A stretch of 64,000 nt of DNA. Origin: Candidatus Babeliales bacterium (GTDB taxonomy: Bacteria; Babelota; Babeliae; Babelales; JANWKD01). The translations under genes were made by a program, and so were the position numbers. Position 1 is the first letter of the stretch, and every line of letters starts with the position of its first letter. The stretch covers positions 416,001-480,000 of the forward strand of contig OY969622.1 of NCBI GenBank assembly GCA_963701665.1, read 5' to 3'. Shown piece after piece: positions 10,113 to 19,295 of the stretch. The notes under the pieces are model-generated. The model saw nothing but the letters and a program-made list of their open reading frames with translations. It searched no databases and was not told where the DNA came from.

Positions 10113-11012
10113 TTACCAACCAAACCAACCTTTTTTAGGTGCTTCTAATTTTGCAATAACCGCTCCGATCTTATCCAACTGTTCTTGCAATTTCTTTTTT
10201 TCTTCTAAAAGACTGGATTCAATGTTTACTTGTTCATTGAAGGCCGCCGTAATACTTTCACTTACTTCAGCATTATCAAGGAGGGCGCTCGACTCTCCTC
10301 TGCTACGAGCAATATGATCATCTAATACTTTTATTTTGTGGGTTAATTCTCCTCTACGTGCTTGAAGTAATGCTATTTCTTGTGCTCTATGATCACTGAA
10401 AATGGTATCAACGGCCTTTAGAGTATCTTGAGTCGATTTTACTGTTTCTAATTTTTGTTTAATGGTTCCTTTTTTTATAATCAAGTCTTTAAGGGTAGCA
10501 TTTGTTGCTTCTAATTCTTCTTCTAAATCTTTTATTACGCCATTGTTTGCATCCACATTGCTTTGATGTTTTATTGATCTGACGGCATCTAAAGCAATAA
10601 TTTTTTGATATGTTTTATTTTCATCTTCAATTCCTTTTTCATAATATTCTTCATCGTCGCTGAAAGAATCTGCGAGTCCAAATAAGTCCGCTTTTGCTTT
10701 CTTTTTATCGCGTTTATGAATGGCGACATGGGCCTTATAGGCCGTATTTAAATCATCATATTCTTCTGATGAGTAAAGTACAAAACGGCTTATTTTTGAT
10801 GCGGCAGCGGCTGCTTGCAAGAAATTTTGAACTGACTCTTCTCGTGAAGGTAATTCTGGACCGTTTGCCAATGCATTGTCTGTTTCAAGAACTACTGTAG
10901 GAGGATTATCGGTGCCAGCTTCTTCATCTGCTCTAAGAAGCTGATTCATGCAATGCGTAGCGGTGTGTGCCACCATCAAGCTCGCTAAACTAAGATAGAT
11001 GAGTTTCTTCAT
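10113..11012 (-). CDS. putative secreted coiled-coil protein
   Basis: signal peptide ending ATHC-M; coiled coil; ends KKGWFGW. Confidence 0.7.
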   Translation of the reverse strand: MKKLIYLSLASLMVAHTATHCMNQLLRADEEAGTDNPPTVVLETDNALANGPELPSREESVQNFLQAAAAASKISRFVLYSSEEYDDLNTAYKAHVAIHKRDKKKAKADLFGLADSFSDDEEYYEKGIEDENKTYQKIIALDAVRSIKHQSNVDANNGVIKDLEEELEATNATLKDLIIKKGTIKQKLETVKSTQDTLKAVDTIFSDHRAQEIALLQARRGELTHKIKVLDDHIARSRGESSALLDNAEVSESITAAFNEQVNIESSLLEEKKKLQEQLDKIGAVIAKLEAPKKGWFGW

Positions 11013-11110
11013 AAGAACTCCCTTAAGAGTAAAAAAGGTTAGTATATGAAACCAATTTTACTCTAGTACATTGAAAAATATTTTGGAAGAAGTTTAATTG
11101 AAAAAAATAT

Positions 11111-11133
11111 ATGTATATACAAAGTATATACAT
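11111..11133. promoter_or_regulatory. palindromic operator upstream of toxin-antitoxin operon
   Basis: perfect inverted repeat ATGTATATAC-AAA-GTATATACAT just after TTGAAA. Confidence 0.6.
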
Positions 11134-11186
11134 TGTGGTAATCTAAAAAAGAAATATCAATATGCTTTGGATAGAACAGGAGAACT

Positions 11187-11417
11187 ATGAATAAAAAGCT
11201 TACTAAACATGGAAATAGTTTAGCTTTGGTGCTGGATAAGCCTTTATTGCAGCTTTTAAAAATTAATGAAGAGACAATTCTAGAAATATCTATAAAAAAC
11301 GGAAGTCTTATTATTTCTCCAGTTAAAAAAAGCAAAAAAAATAAGGGAGTTGAAGAAATAGCTGACCGTATTATGGATAAATATAGTGATGCTTTTAAAA
11401 AACTTTCTAAAACATGA
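11187..11417 (+). CDS. AbrB/MazE-family antitoxin
   Basis: KLTKHGNSLAL...LIISP; overlaps toxin start (ATGA). Confidence 0.9.
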   Translation: MNKKLTKHGNSLALVLDKPLLQLLKINEETILEISIKNGSLIISPVKKSKKNKGVEEIADRIMDKYSDAFKKLSKT

Positions 11418-11809
11418 GTGAAATTAATTTTTTGACGATTGAGGATGTTCTTTTATTACATAAAAAGGTTATGGAACGGTTTGGTAATAAAACATATGTT
11501 CTGAGAGATCGAGGATTATTAGAATCAGCAGTTTTTCAACCTCAGGCTTTAGCATTTGGCGAATATCTCCATAAAGATATTTATGAAATGGCTGCAGCAT
11601 ATTGTTATCACATTATAAAAAATCATCCGTTTATTGATGGCAATAAGCGTACGGGTATATTAACTGCGCTTACTTTTCTTGAAAAAAATGGAATATCGAT
11701 TTCTGCAACTTCTGACGAAATATACATGTTTGCATTAGATGTGGCATCATCTAAAATTACTAAAGATGCAGCTTCAAAATTCTTTATGGCACATTCTGAA
11801 ATCGACTAA
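11414..11809 (+). CDS. doc: Doc (death-on-curing) Fic-family toxin
   Basis: LRDRGLLESA and HPFIDGNKRT motifs. Confidence 0.9.
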   Translation: MSEINFLTIEDVLLLHKKVMERFGNKTYVLRDRGLLESAVFQPQALAFGEYLHKDIYEMAAAYCYHIIKNHPFIDGNKRTGILTALTFLEKNGISISATSDEIYMFALDVASSKITKDAASKFFMAHSEID

Positions 11810-11838
11810 CTGATAACATCTTACAACAAAAAAGATAC

Positions 11839-12945
11839 TTATGCTTTCCAATTTTCAATGTAATCAGTGAGTGGAGCGATGTTTTCTTTATGCTTTGCAC
11901 TGATCAAAACATGTGGCATATATTTTTCTAATGAGTTTTCCAACGATGGCGTTACATTAATTTTGTCGGCTTTGTTCAATACATAAAGAATTGGTTTTTC
12001 AACGTTTAAATCATCAAGGATTTGTTCAACGACATGGATATGATTTTCCCAGTTAGGGTCAGAAACATCAACAACGTGCAACAATAGATCAGCGTATTGT
12101 AATTCCATAAGGGTGGATTTGAATGCTTCAATCAATTTTGGGGGAAGTAACTGGATGAAACCTACCGTATCGGAAATAACACCCTTTTTCTTGCCGCCAA
12201 TAAAAAGTTGCCGTGTTGTTGTATCCAGCGTAGCAAATAAGCGATCTTCTGCTAACACATCACTTTTAGTTAATGTATTAAGGATGGTTGATTTTCCTGC
12301 ATTGGTGTAACCAATTAAGCATATGAGCGGCACATCATGCGTTAACCGTTGTTTGCGTTGCGTTTCACGCGTTTGATGAATGCGTTCTAACTGTTTTTTG
12401 AGTTTGATAATTTCATCTTCAATGTGACGGCGCTCGCGCTCTTTTGCTGTTTCACCCGCGCCTGCCATGGTTCCCGCTGTACCGGATTGTTGCGCTAAAT
12501 GAACACCTCTTCCTGAAAGTCGAGATTTTTTGTGCTGCAGCATAGCAATTTGTACTTGCGTTTTGCCTTCAGCTGAATGAGCAGATTTTTCAAAAATTTC
12601 TAATATGAGTTGCGTGCGATCAAACACTTTTCTGTGCAAGAAGTCTCGCAAATTCCGTTCTTGTTGTGGCGAGATGGGTTCTGAAAGAATTACTTCATCA
12701 ATATCATGCTTTTCGCATAATTCAAGCAGTTGTTCCAATTTACCTTTTTGAATAAAAGTACCTGGATCGATATCACGTAACTTAAAAAAGATTATTTCAT
12801 CAAATTTAATATTGTTCGATTTAACGAGATTAACAAATTCTTCAAAATAGGCATTGATATCGGGCGTATGGTTATAGGGAGCGTGGATGCCTACTACAAG
12901 GACTTTGGGGCGGTATGCAGAGAGTAATTGAGCTTTTTTTGTCAT
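11839..12945 (-). CDS. hflX: GTPase HflX
   Basis: DRTQLILEIF, GYTNAGKST, LFATLD, DTVGFI, NKAD. Confidence 0.95.
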   Translation of the reverse strand: MTKKAQLLSAYRPKVLVVGIHAPYNHTPDINAYFEEFVNLVKSNNIKFDEIIFFKLRDIDPGTFIQKGKLEQLLELCEKHDIDEVILSEPISPQQERNLRDFLHRKVFDRTQLILEIFEKSAHSAEGKTQVQIAMLQHKKSRLSGRGVHLAQQSGTAGTMAGAGETAKERERRHIEDEIIKLKKQLERIHQTRETQRKQRLTHDVPLICLIGYTNAGKSTILNTLTKSDVLAEDRLFATLDTTTRQLFIGGKKKGVISDTVGFIQLLPPKLIEAFKSTLMELQYADLLLHVVDVSDPNWENHIHVVEQILDDLNVEKPILYVLNKADKINVTPSLENSLEKYMPHVLISAKHKENIAPLTDYIENWKA

Positions 12946-13013
12946 ATGTTTTTATTATTTTCTTATTAAAGTTATCTTTTTTTTCTAATAGTATACTAAA
13001 GATGGTGACGAAT

Positions 13014-13047
13014 GTCATTCTGAGGAGCGTAGCGACGTAGGAATCCA
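13014..13047 (+). repeat. single REP-like unit
   Basis: GTCATTCTGAGGAGCGTAGCGACGTAGGAATCCA, 1 mismatch to the 6067 unit. Confidence 0.9.
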
Positions 13048-13087
13048 GTCTTTTGTATAAATCCTTTATAAAAACTCTGTTATTGTG

Positions 13088-13580
13088 ACTTACGCAGTCA
13101 TGCGGGCCTCATGTCGGCCAGGCACAAGGTATTTTGTGCGCCCAAAATACCTTGAACAAAAGGGCGCCAACGTTCCGTTGGATTACTCCCGCTCGGCATG
13201 AACCACTCCATCATTGATGCTTCGCATCAAGATTCCAGATTCATGAACTCGCTATCGGATCCTCATTTAACAGAATTGTCATTGCGAGCCCTGTTAAGGG
13301 CGTGGCAATCCAGATAATAAAATTAGTTCCTTGAAATAAGGTTATATTAAAATTTTGGATTCCTACGTCGCTTCGCTTCTCAGAATGACAATACTTATAT
13401 TGTAAAAGTCATGTAGCGCGACAAGCTCAAAATCATGATGCGCAGCATCAATGTTTTTGAGTGCGCATTTCGCGCGGGAGAAAGGTCCAACAGAATGTTG
13501 GCGCCCTTTTGTTCAAGGTATTTTGGGCGCGCAAAATACCTTGTGTCTGGCCGACATGAGGCCCGCATAACTGCGTAAGT
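13088..13580. repeat. composite palindrome with ~150-bp inverted arms around a REP doublet
   Basis: 13088-13182 vs reverse complement of 13486-13580 is 90/95 identical; similarity continues to 13234/13431. Confidence 0.9.
13278..13389 (-). repeat. REP-like palindromic doublet
   Basis: GTCATTGCGAG..GTGGCAATCCA, spacer, TGGATTCCTACGTCG..CAGAATGAC. Confidence 0.9.
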
Positions 13581-13657
13581 TAAAATTAAAAGCTTTTTCT
13601 AAAGAATCATAAATTGAGCAATCTCAATAATAATGATAGAATGGCATGGTCGATTAA

Positions 13658-14020
13658 ATGTATAGGGAAGCCATGATGATTAAAAAATATATTTTTGTTG
13701 TTACTTTGCTCTGTATTGCACAACCAACACAAGCAATCATGCGAGAGGTTTTAGATATCGTCACTGCTGGAGTATTGGCAGGAGGTGCCGTCTACGCAGG
13801 AAATGAAGCAAAAAAAGAATTTAAAAAATTAGATTCAAATAAAATATTTAAAGAACAAAAAAAGCAACTAGCAAAAGATATCCAAGAAACGAATTTGAAG
13901 AAAATCGGAAATAGTACAAAAGGTATCATGTGTGAATCTGCAAAGCCTGTTTTATTGACCGCCTATGCGGCGTATACGGGTTTGTTAGCTCTTGTGTTCT
14001 TTATTGATGCAATTAGGTAA
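13658..14020 (+). CDS. hypothetical exported/membrane protein
   Basis: signal peptide (true start probably a few codons downstream), C-terminal TM helix. Confidence 0.6.
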   Translation: MYREAMMIKKYIFVVTLLCIAQPTQAIMREVLDIVTAGVLAGGAVYAGNEAKKEFKKLDSNKIFKEQKKQLAKDIQETNLKKIGNSTKGIMCESAKPVLLTAYAAYTGLLALVFFIDAIR

Positions 14021-14033
14021 GGCACGTTAAAAA

Positions 14034-15365
14034 ATGTTTGAATTTTTATCCAACAAATTCGCCCACGTCTTTTCTCGTCTTGCTGGCCAAACGCAGCTGA
14101 CTGAAAAAAACATCCAAGAAACTATGCAAAAAGTGCGTGAGGCATTGTTGGGCGCTGATGTGCCGGATGCTGTTGTCGACACTTTTTTGCAGGAAATTTC
14201 ACAAGAGGTCGTTGGACAAAAATTAATCACTGCATCGTTGAAACCTGGTGAGCAGTTTATAAAAATTGTTCACAGCAAATTATTGGCGTTTTTAGGTGGG
14301 CAAGATACTTCTTTATTTACCTTCCAAATTCCTTCTATCGTTATGATGATGGGTCTTCAAGGTTCAGGAAAAACAACAACGACCGCAAAACTTGCTCGTT
14401 TTATAAAAAAACAAGCTGAGCAACGTGGCAAAACGCGTGCGATCTTGGTAGCCTCGATCGACTTTTATAGGCCAGCAGCGATCGATCAGCTTGAGATTGT
14501 TGCTCGACAAAATGATATTTCCTTTTATAGATCTCCTTATACAGAACCTTTGAAGGCTGCGCTGGATATCCATGCATATTATAAACAGCATGGCTTTGAG
14601 ATGTTGTTGCTTGATACTGCTGGTAGAATGCATGTTGATACTGCCATGATGCAAGAAATTCAACTTGTTGATCAGAAATTACAACCGAAATATAAATTTC
14701 TCGTGCTTGATGCTATGACAGGGCAAGAATCATTGCGTGTGGCACAATCTTTCCAAGATGCTGTCGGATTTCATGGCGCCATTCTTACAAAAATGGATAG
14801 TGAAACGCGCGCAGGATGTGCACTCGCCTTTCGGTATTGTTTGAAAAAACCGATTTTATTTGTCGGAACGGGCGAGAAAGCGAGTGATCTTGAACAATTT
14901 AGGCCTGAGCGTATTGCCGACCGCATGTTAGGCATGGGTGATATTCAAACACTCATTGAAAAAGCCGATGAAAAAATAAAAAAATCTGAACAAGAGGCAT
15001 TGGCTTCTTCTTTACAAAAAGGCAAAATGACGCTACATGATTTTGCCAAACAGCTAGAAATGATGAACAAGATAGGCTCATTGTCTCAAATTATGAAATA
15101 TATGCCGGGAGTACCCCTTGCTTCTGTATCTTCAGAAACGATAAACAAGGGCGAAGCTGAGCTTAAAAAGTTCAAAGCTATCATAAGTTCCATGACCATG
15201 AAAGAGCGATTGCTCCCTAATCTTCTTAACGCTTCACGCAAGCTGCGTGTTGCCAAGGGGGCTGGGGTGGTGGTCCACGATGTGAACATGTTATTAGATC
15301 GATTTGAAAAAAGTAAGGAAATTGTTAAACTTTTTAGTAAGTTTAAACGTTTCCCTGGATTTTAA
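14034..15365 (+). CDS. ffh: signal recognition particle protein
   Basis: GLQGSGKTT, DTAGR, TKMD, RMLGMGD, M domain. Confidence 0.95.
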   Translation: MFEFLSNKFAHVFSRLAGQTQLTEKNIQETMQKVREALLGADVPDAVVDTFLQEISQEVVGQKLITASLKPGEQFIKIVHSKLLAFLGGQDTSLFTFQIPSIVMMMGLQGSGKTTTTAKLARFIKKQAEQRGKTRAILVASIDFYRPAAIDQLEIVARQNDISFYRSPYTEPLKAALDIHAYYKQHGFEMLLLDTAGRMHVDTAMMQEIQLVDQKLQPKYKFLVLDAMTGQESLRVAQSFQDAVGFHGAILTKMDSETRAGCALAFRYCLKKPILFVGTGEKASDLEQFRPERIADRMLGMGDIQTLIEKADEKIKKSEQEALASSLQKGKMTLHDFAKQLEMMNKIGSLSQIMKYMPGVPLASVSSETINKGEAELKKFKAIISSMTMKERLLPNLLNASRKLRVAKGAGVVVHDVNMLLDRFEKSKEIVKLFSKFKRFPGF

Positions 15366-15405
15366 CTAAAATTATACCGCTAGGTTTAAAGAAAGGATTT
15401 TCTAG

Positions 15406-15651
15406 ATGGCAGTAAAAATACGGCTGTCACGAATTGGTAAAAAGAATGCTCCTTTTTATCGTATCGTTGCCATTGATTCCCGTAAAAAAAGAGATGGAAA
15501 GTATATTGAAGATTTGGGTACCTATAACCCATTAACTGGTGAATTAATACAATTCCACCAAGCACGCGTTGATGAATGGCTTAAAAAGGGTGCAATTCCT
15601 TCTGAAACCGTTGAACGTTTGCACCGGTTAGCTAAGCAACGAGCGGCATAG
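15406..15651 (+). CDS. rpsP: 30S ribosomal protein S16
   Basis: MAVKIRLSRIGKK..PFYRIV. Confidence 0.97.
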   Translation: MAVKIRLSRIGKKNAPFYRIVAIDSRKKRDGKYIEDLGTYNPLTGELIQFHQARVDEWLKKGAIPSETVERLHRLAKQRAA

Positions 15652-15665
15652 CACAGGAAGCCTAC

Positions 15666-15890
15666 ATGCTCAAACCATTATTAGAATTTGCAATTAAGCA
15701 TCTTGTTGATCATCCAGATCAAGTCATACTCCATGAGACCCAGACAGAATCAAAAATCGTTATAGAAATTAATGTTTCTCCTCTCGATCTTAAACGAGTT
15801 ATAGGAAAAGACGGCCGTATTGTACGAGCCCTGAGAACAATGGTAAATAATATCGATGGGGTTGGCCCTGTTGAGCTTATTGTAAAATAG
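15666..15890 (+). CDS. khpA: KH-domain RNA-binding protein KhpA
   Basis: LVDHPD, VIGKDGR GxxG loop; follows rpsP. Confidence 0.9.
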   Translation: MLKPLLEFAIKHLVDHPDQVILHETQTESKIVIEINVSPLDLKRVIGKDGRIVRALRTMVNNIDGVGPVELIVK

Positions 15891-15901
15891 CGTTGTTTCT
15901 C

Positions 15902-17221
15902 ATGAATATTTCTCTTCTTACGGTCTTTCCTCAGCTTTATGATGTTTTTCTTAAGACCAGTCTGATGCAACGAGCGCAAGAAAAGAATATTGTTCGGTAT
16001 GATGTCGATACCTTTTTTTCGTTCGTTCAGCCAAAAGAACGCATTGATGCGCCTACCTTTGGGCATGCCGCTGGCATGCTCATAAAGCCGGAGGTTGTGC
16101 AAAAAGCAGTTGAGGCTAAAGAGGCCGCTTATGGCAAAGCCTATAAAATTTTCTTTTCCCCCCAAGGCAAAAAGCTTACCCAAGATCTCCTGAAAACTAT
16201 CATTGAAAAAGCACAAAAAACGGAGCATCTCATGCTCATCGCAGGACGTTATGAAGGCATGGATGCACGCGTTGAAGAAGTGTATGCTGATGAACTTATT
16301 TCAATGGGTGATTTTGTGCTCCTATCGGGAGATTTGCCAGCCATGATGATGCTTGAAGGATTAGTGCGCTTGCTTCCTGGCGTTGTTGGTAAACAAGAAT
16401 CTGTTGAGCGCGAATCTTTTTCCGGTCCTTTCGTCGACCATCCGGAATATACCGTGCCGGTAACATGGCAAGGACTTGAAGTGCCGGAGATAATACGATC
16501 TGGCAATCATGCCGCGATTAAAAAATGGCAAGAAGAAGCCGCTGCTCAAAACACCGTAAAAGATCATTTTACGTGGCTTTCATCGTGTCTGCTTACGACA
16601 TCACAAAAAAAATTAGCACGGAACTATATTCCGGCTCATTATTGTGCCCTCATGCATGATCAGGTTCTTTTACCACAAAATCAGGTAGGTACAACCTCAG
16701 TTACTTCCCTCGATATCCATGATATTGCGCGCTCAGCCTGCACCTTTGGTATTTTGAACTATTTTATTGTTACCCCATTGCTAGATCAACAACGCATTGT
16801 CGAGCGCCTGCTTGAATTTTGGAAGACAGGCGAGGGCGTTGATTATAATCATCATCGGCATCAGGCTGTAAGGAATGTAGAATTGGCTGACTCACTCGCT
16901 CAGGTTATTGCTGCTATTGAGGCAAAAGAAGGCAAAAAACCGCTTCTTGTTGCAACATCCGCGCGCTATCATGATGAGCAGTTTGGTAACAAAATAATTA
17001 CCTATTTCCAGCAGGATCGTGTGTGGGAATCCGATCGGCCTGTATTGCTTTTGTTTGGAACGGGCCATGGCCTTGCGCCGGAAGTAGTCGAACGCTGCGA
17101 CTTTTTATTGACCCCGCTAGAGGGATTCTCTGATTTTAACCATTTATCGGTACGCTCGGCGGTGGCAATAATTTTGGATCGCTGGCTCGGTATTAACCCA
17201 CGAATAATTCAGAAACAATGA
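15902..17221 (+). CDS. trmD: TrmD fused to a Tm1570/DUF2168-type SPOUT methyltransferase
   Basis: N-half GRYEGMDARV, SMGDFVLLSG; C-half TTSVTSLDIHDIARS, LFGTGHGL, FNHLSVRSAVAIILDR. Confidence 0.9.
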   Translation: MNISLLTVFPQLYDVFLKTSLMQRAQEKNIVRYDVDTFFSFVQPKERIDAPTFGHAAGMLIKPEVVQKAVEAKEAAYGKAYKIFFSPQGKKLTQDLLKTIIEKAQKTEHLMLIAGRYEGMDARVEEVYADELISMGDFVLLSGDLPAMMMLEGLVRLLPGVVGKQESVERESFSGPFVDHPEYTVPVTWQGLEVPEIIRSGNHAAIKKWQEEAAAQNTVKDHFTWLSSCLLTTSQKKLARNYIPAHYCALMHDQVLLPQNQVGTTSVTSLDIHDIARSACTFGILNYFIVTPLLDQQRIVERLLEFWKTGEGVDYNHHRHQAVRNVELADSLAQVIAAIEAKEGKKPLLVATSARYHDEQFGNKIITYFQQDRVWESDRPVLLLFGTGHGLAPEVVERCDFLLTPLEGFSDFNHLSVRSAVAIILDRWLGINPRIIQKQ

Positions 17222-17318
17222 ACATTGGCAGAGTAACATTTTTTTTGTATACTTGAGCGTATATACAGCCAAAATACAGGTTTTCTGCTTGAAAAATGAA
17301 CTATAAGGAATACTTTTC

Positions 17319-17714
17319 ATGAAAGCTAAAAAATTTACCAAAGAAACCATTCTATCATACGGTACCCAAGATCGTAAGTTTCCTGCATTAGCCATCGGCG
17401 ATGTGGTTATTGTTGAACAAAAAATAAAAGAAGGCGATAAAGAACGTCTTCAAGCCTTTGAAGGTGCTATTATTGCGATGAATAACAATGGCGTTGCAAG
17501 CACTATCACGGTAAGAAAAATTGGGGCAAATGCCGTTGCAATTGAAAAAATATTCCCTTATTATTCCCCTCGTATCGCTTCTATCAAAATTGTCCGTTCT
17601 GGACGCGTGCGTCGTGCAAAATTATACTACTTGCGTGGGCGTGTTGGACGTGCAGCTCATGTCGAGCGCAAAAAATTATTAGGCGCAGCAGCAGAAGCTC
17701 AACAAGTTCGATAA
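17319..17714 (+). CDS. rplS: 50S ribosomal protein L19
   Basis: KERLQAFEG, GRVRRAKLYYLR. Confidence 0.97.
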   Translation: MKAKKFTKETILSYGTQDRKFPALAIGDVVIVEQKIKEGDKERLQAFEGAIIAMNNNGVASTITVRKIGANAVAIEKIFPYYSPRIASIKIVRSGRVRRAKLYYLRGRVGRAAHVERKKLLGAAAEAQQVR

Positions 17715-17715
17715 G

Positions 17716-18162
17716 TTGTTTGCATACATGTGTGAAAAAAGATTTTTTTTCACCTTTGCGCTCGTTTTTTTTGTGCTTATTTTAGCAGGATGTAAAAGAA
17801 CACAGCAGCATGATGTAGTAGAATCTTTGCCTGTTCTCAAACAAGAGTTTGTTGAAGCGCGTCTCCATGATGTGCCGCTTTTATTGCGCGCGACAAATCT
17901 TTGTATGTTACATAATCAGCAAGATGGTGATGCTATTATCCTGAAATATACGTCATATTTTTCTTTAGCTGATGCGGTGATCTTCTATGAAGAACATATG
18001 GAGCGTTTTGGCTGGCATAAATTAGCATGTTTTGAAAGTGGCCAAGAAGTTTTACTCAACTATGAAAAGCCTCAAAAGTATTGCTCTATCTCGTTGCGCA
18101 TTCAGCAGAATGATGTGTGTGTTGTGATCTATTCGGCACCAAAAACATTAGACTATTCATAA
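17716..18162 (+). CDS. putative lipoprotein
   Basis: hydrophobic stretch plus LAGC lipobox. Confidence 0.65.
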   Translation: MFAYMCEKRFFFTFALVFFVLILAGCKRTQQHDVVESLPVLKQEFVEARLHDVPLLLRATNLCMLHNQQDGDAIILKYTSYFSLADAVIFYEEHMERFGWHKLACFESGQEVLLNYEKPQKYCSISLRIQQNDVCVVIYSAPKTLDYS

Positions 18163-18205
18163 TCTTGATGATCTCATTGCAAGTATAGTACGTTAAATAG
18201 TAACT

Positions 18206-18363
18206 AACGCGAACGCAAGGATGTCATCCCGAGGCGTTAGCCGTGGGGATCCAAACTTTAATTAATTCCTTAAAGGAACTAATTTTATAATTGGATTGCC
18301 ACGCATTCGCTCGCAATGACAACTTTTGTTTCCAATATCATTTCCTGCGGCATAGTAACATCG
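18206..18363 (+). repeat. REP-like doublet (18223-18320) with conserved flanks
   Basis: near-identical to reverse complement of 33679-33837. Confidence 0.9.
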
Positions 18364-18376
18364 AAAAAAAGGGATT

Positions 18377-18613
18377 GTGATGAAAATTAAAAAAATGCTT
18401 CTAGTATCGTTTCTTTTTTATGCGCCACTTATTGCTATGCAACCACAACAAAAGCAGAAACAGATTTCAAACTACTATCAAAATGTGGAAGATTATTTTC
18501 ATGGACTGCCAGGCAGCAGTAAGAATGCAAGCAAAACAACTAAAATATGTATTATAATAACTGAGTGTGATCAAAAATTAAAAGAATCAAAGAAGAAAAA
18601 GCCAGGTTCTTGA
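18377..18613 (+). CDS. short putative exported protein or gene remnant
   Basis: signal peptide ending PLIA-M; only 78 aa. Confidence 0.45.
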   Translation: MMKIKKMLLVSFLFYAPLIAMQPQQKQKQISNYYQNVEDYFHGLPGSSKNASKTTKICIIITECDQKLKESKKKKPGS

Positions 18614-18617
18614 GCTT

Positions 18618-19049
18618 TTATTTTTTAGATTCAAGCTCTAATTTTTTTGCCTCAATTTCAAGCCTTTTAGCCTCGTTCTTTGCTTCTTGTTCACGCAATT
18701 CTAATTCACGCATTTTAATTTCAGTTGCTTTTTCTTGTTCGGCTGCTTGTGCGCTTTGACGAGTGCGTTGTTTTTTCATTGGTCTATATTCTTCTTCATA
18801 ATCGCATTCTTGTCGTTTTCGCTTATTGCTGCGCGGTCTTTCTATATAGCGGGTTTCTGGTACTTTAATATAACGAACCTCCGAGGGTTGTTGATAAACG
18901 GGCTGTTGTCGAGGGGCAGTTAAGGCACTGCCAACAAGACTGCCCGTGAATCCTCCCGCAAAACTACCGCCAAAATTGCTGCCACCTGCGTATACGCTTG
19001 AAACCGCTAAAAAGCTTAGTATTAAAGCTATTTTTTGATACATCTTCAT
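18618..19049 (-). CDS. putative exported protein
   Basis: signal peptide, Gly-rich segment, basic KRKR patch, C-terminal coiled coil. Confidence 0.65.
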   Translation of the reverse strand: MKMYQKIALILSFLAVSSVYAGGSNFGGSFAGGFTGSLVGSALTAPRQQPVYQQPSEVRYIKVPETRYIERPRSNKRKRQECDYEEEYRPMKKQRTRQSAQAAEQEKATEIKMRELELREQEAKNEAKRLEIEAKKLELESKK

Positions 19050-19295
19050 ACCAAAAACTCCTTATTTGTCATGTTCTTCTAAATAATTTTTATGTAGTAT
19101 AAGTTTATTAAAATTCAAATAGAAAAGTCAATAATGCTAAAAAATATACGAGAGCTGATTTTAAGCCTATTTGCGAGGTAATAATTGCAAATTAGTAAAT
19201 AGTGATTATATAAAAATTCCATTAATTGAAAGATATGGTATAAATGCTATACTTTTTAATAAGTCACTTACTAAGCGAAATGGAAGGCAAGCTCG

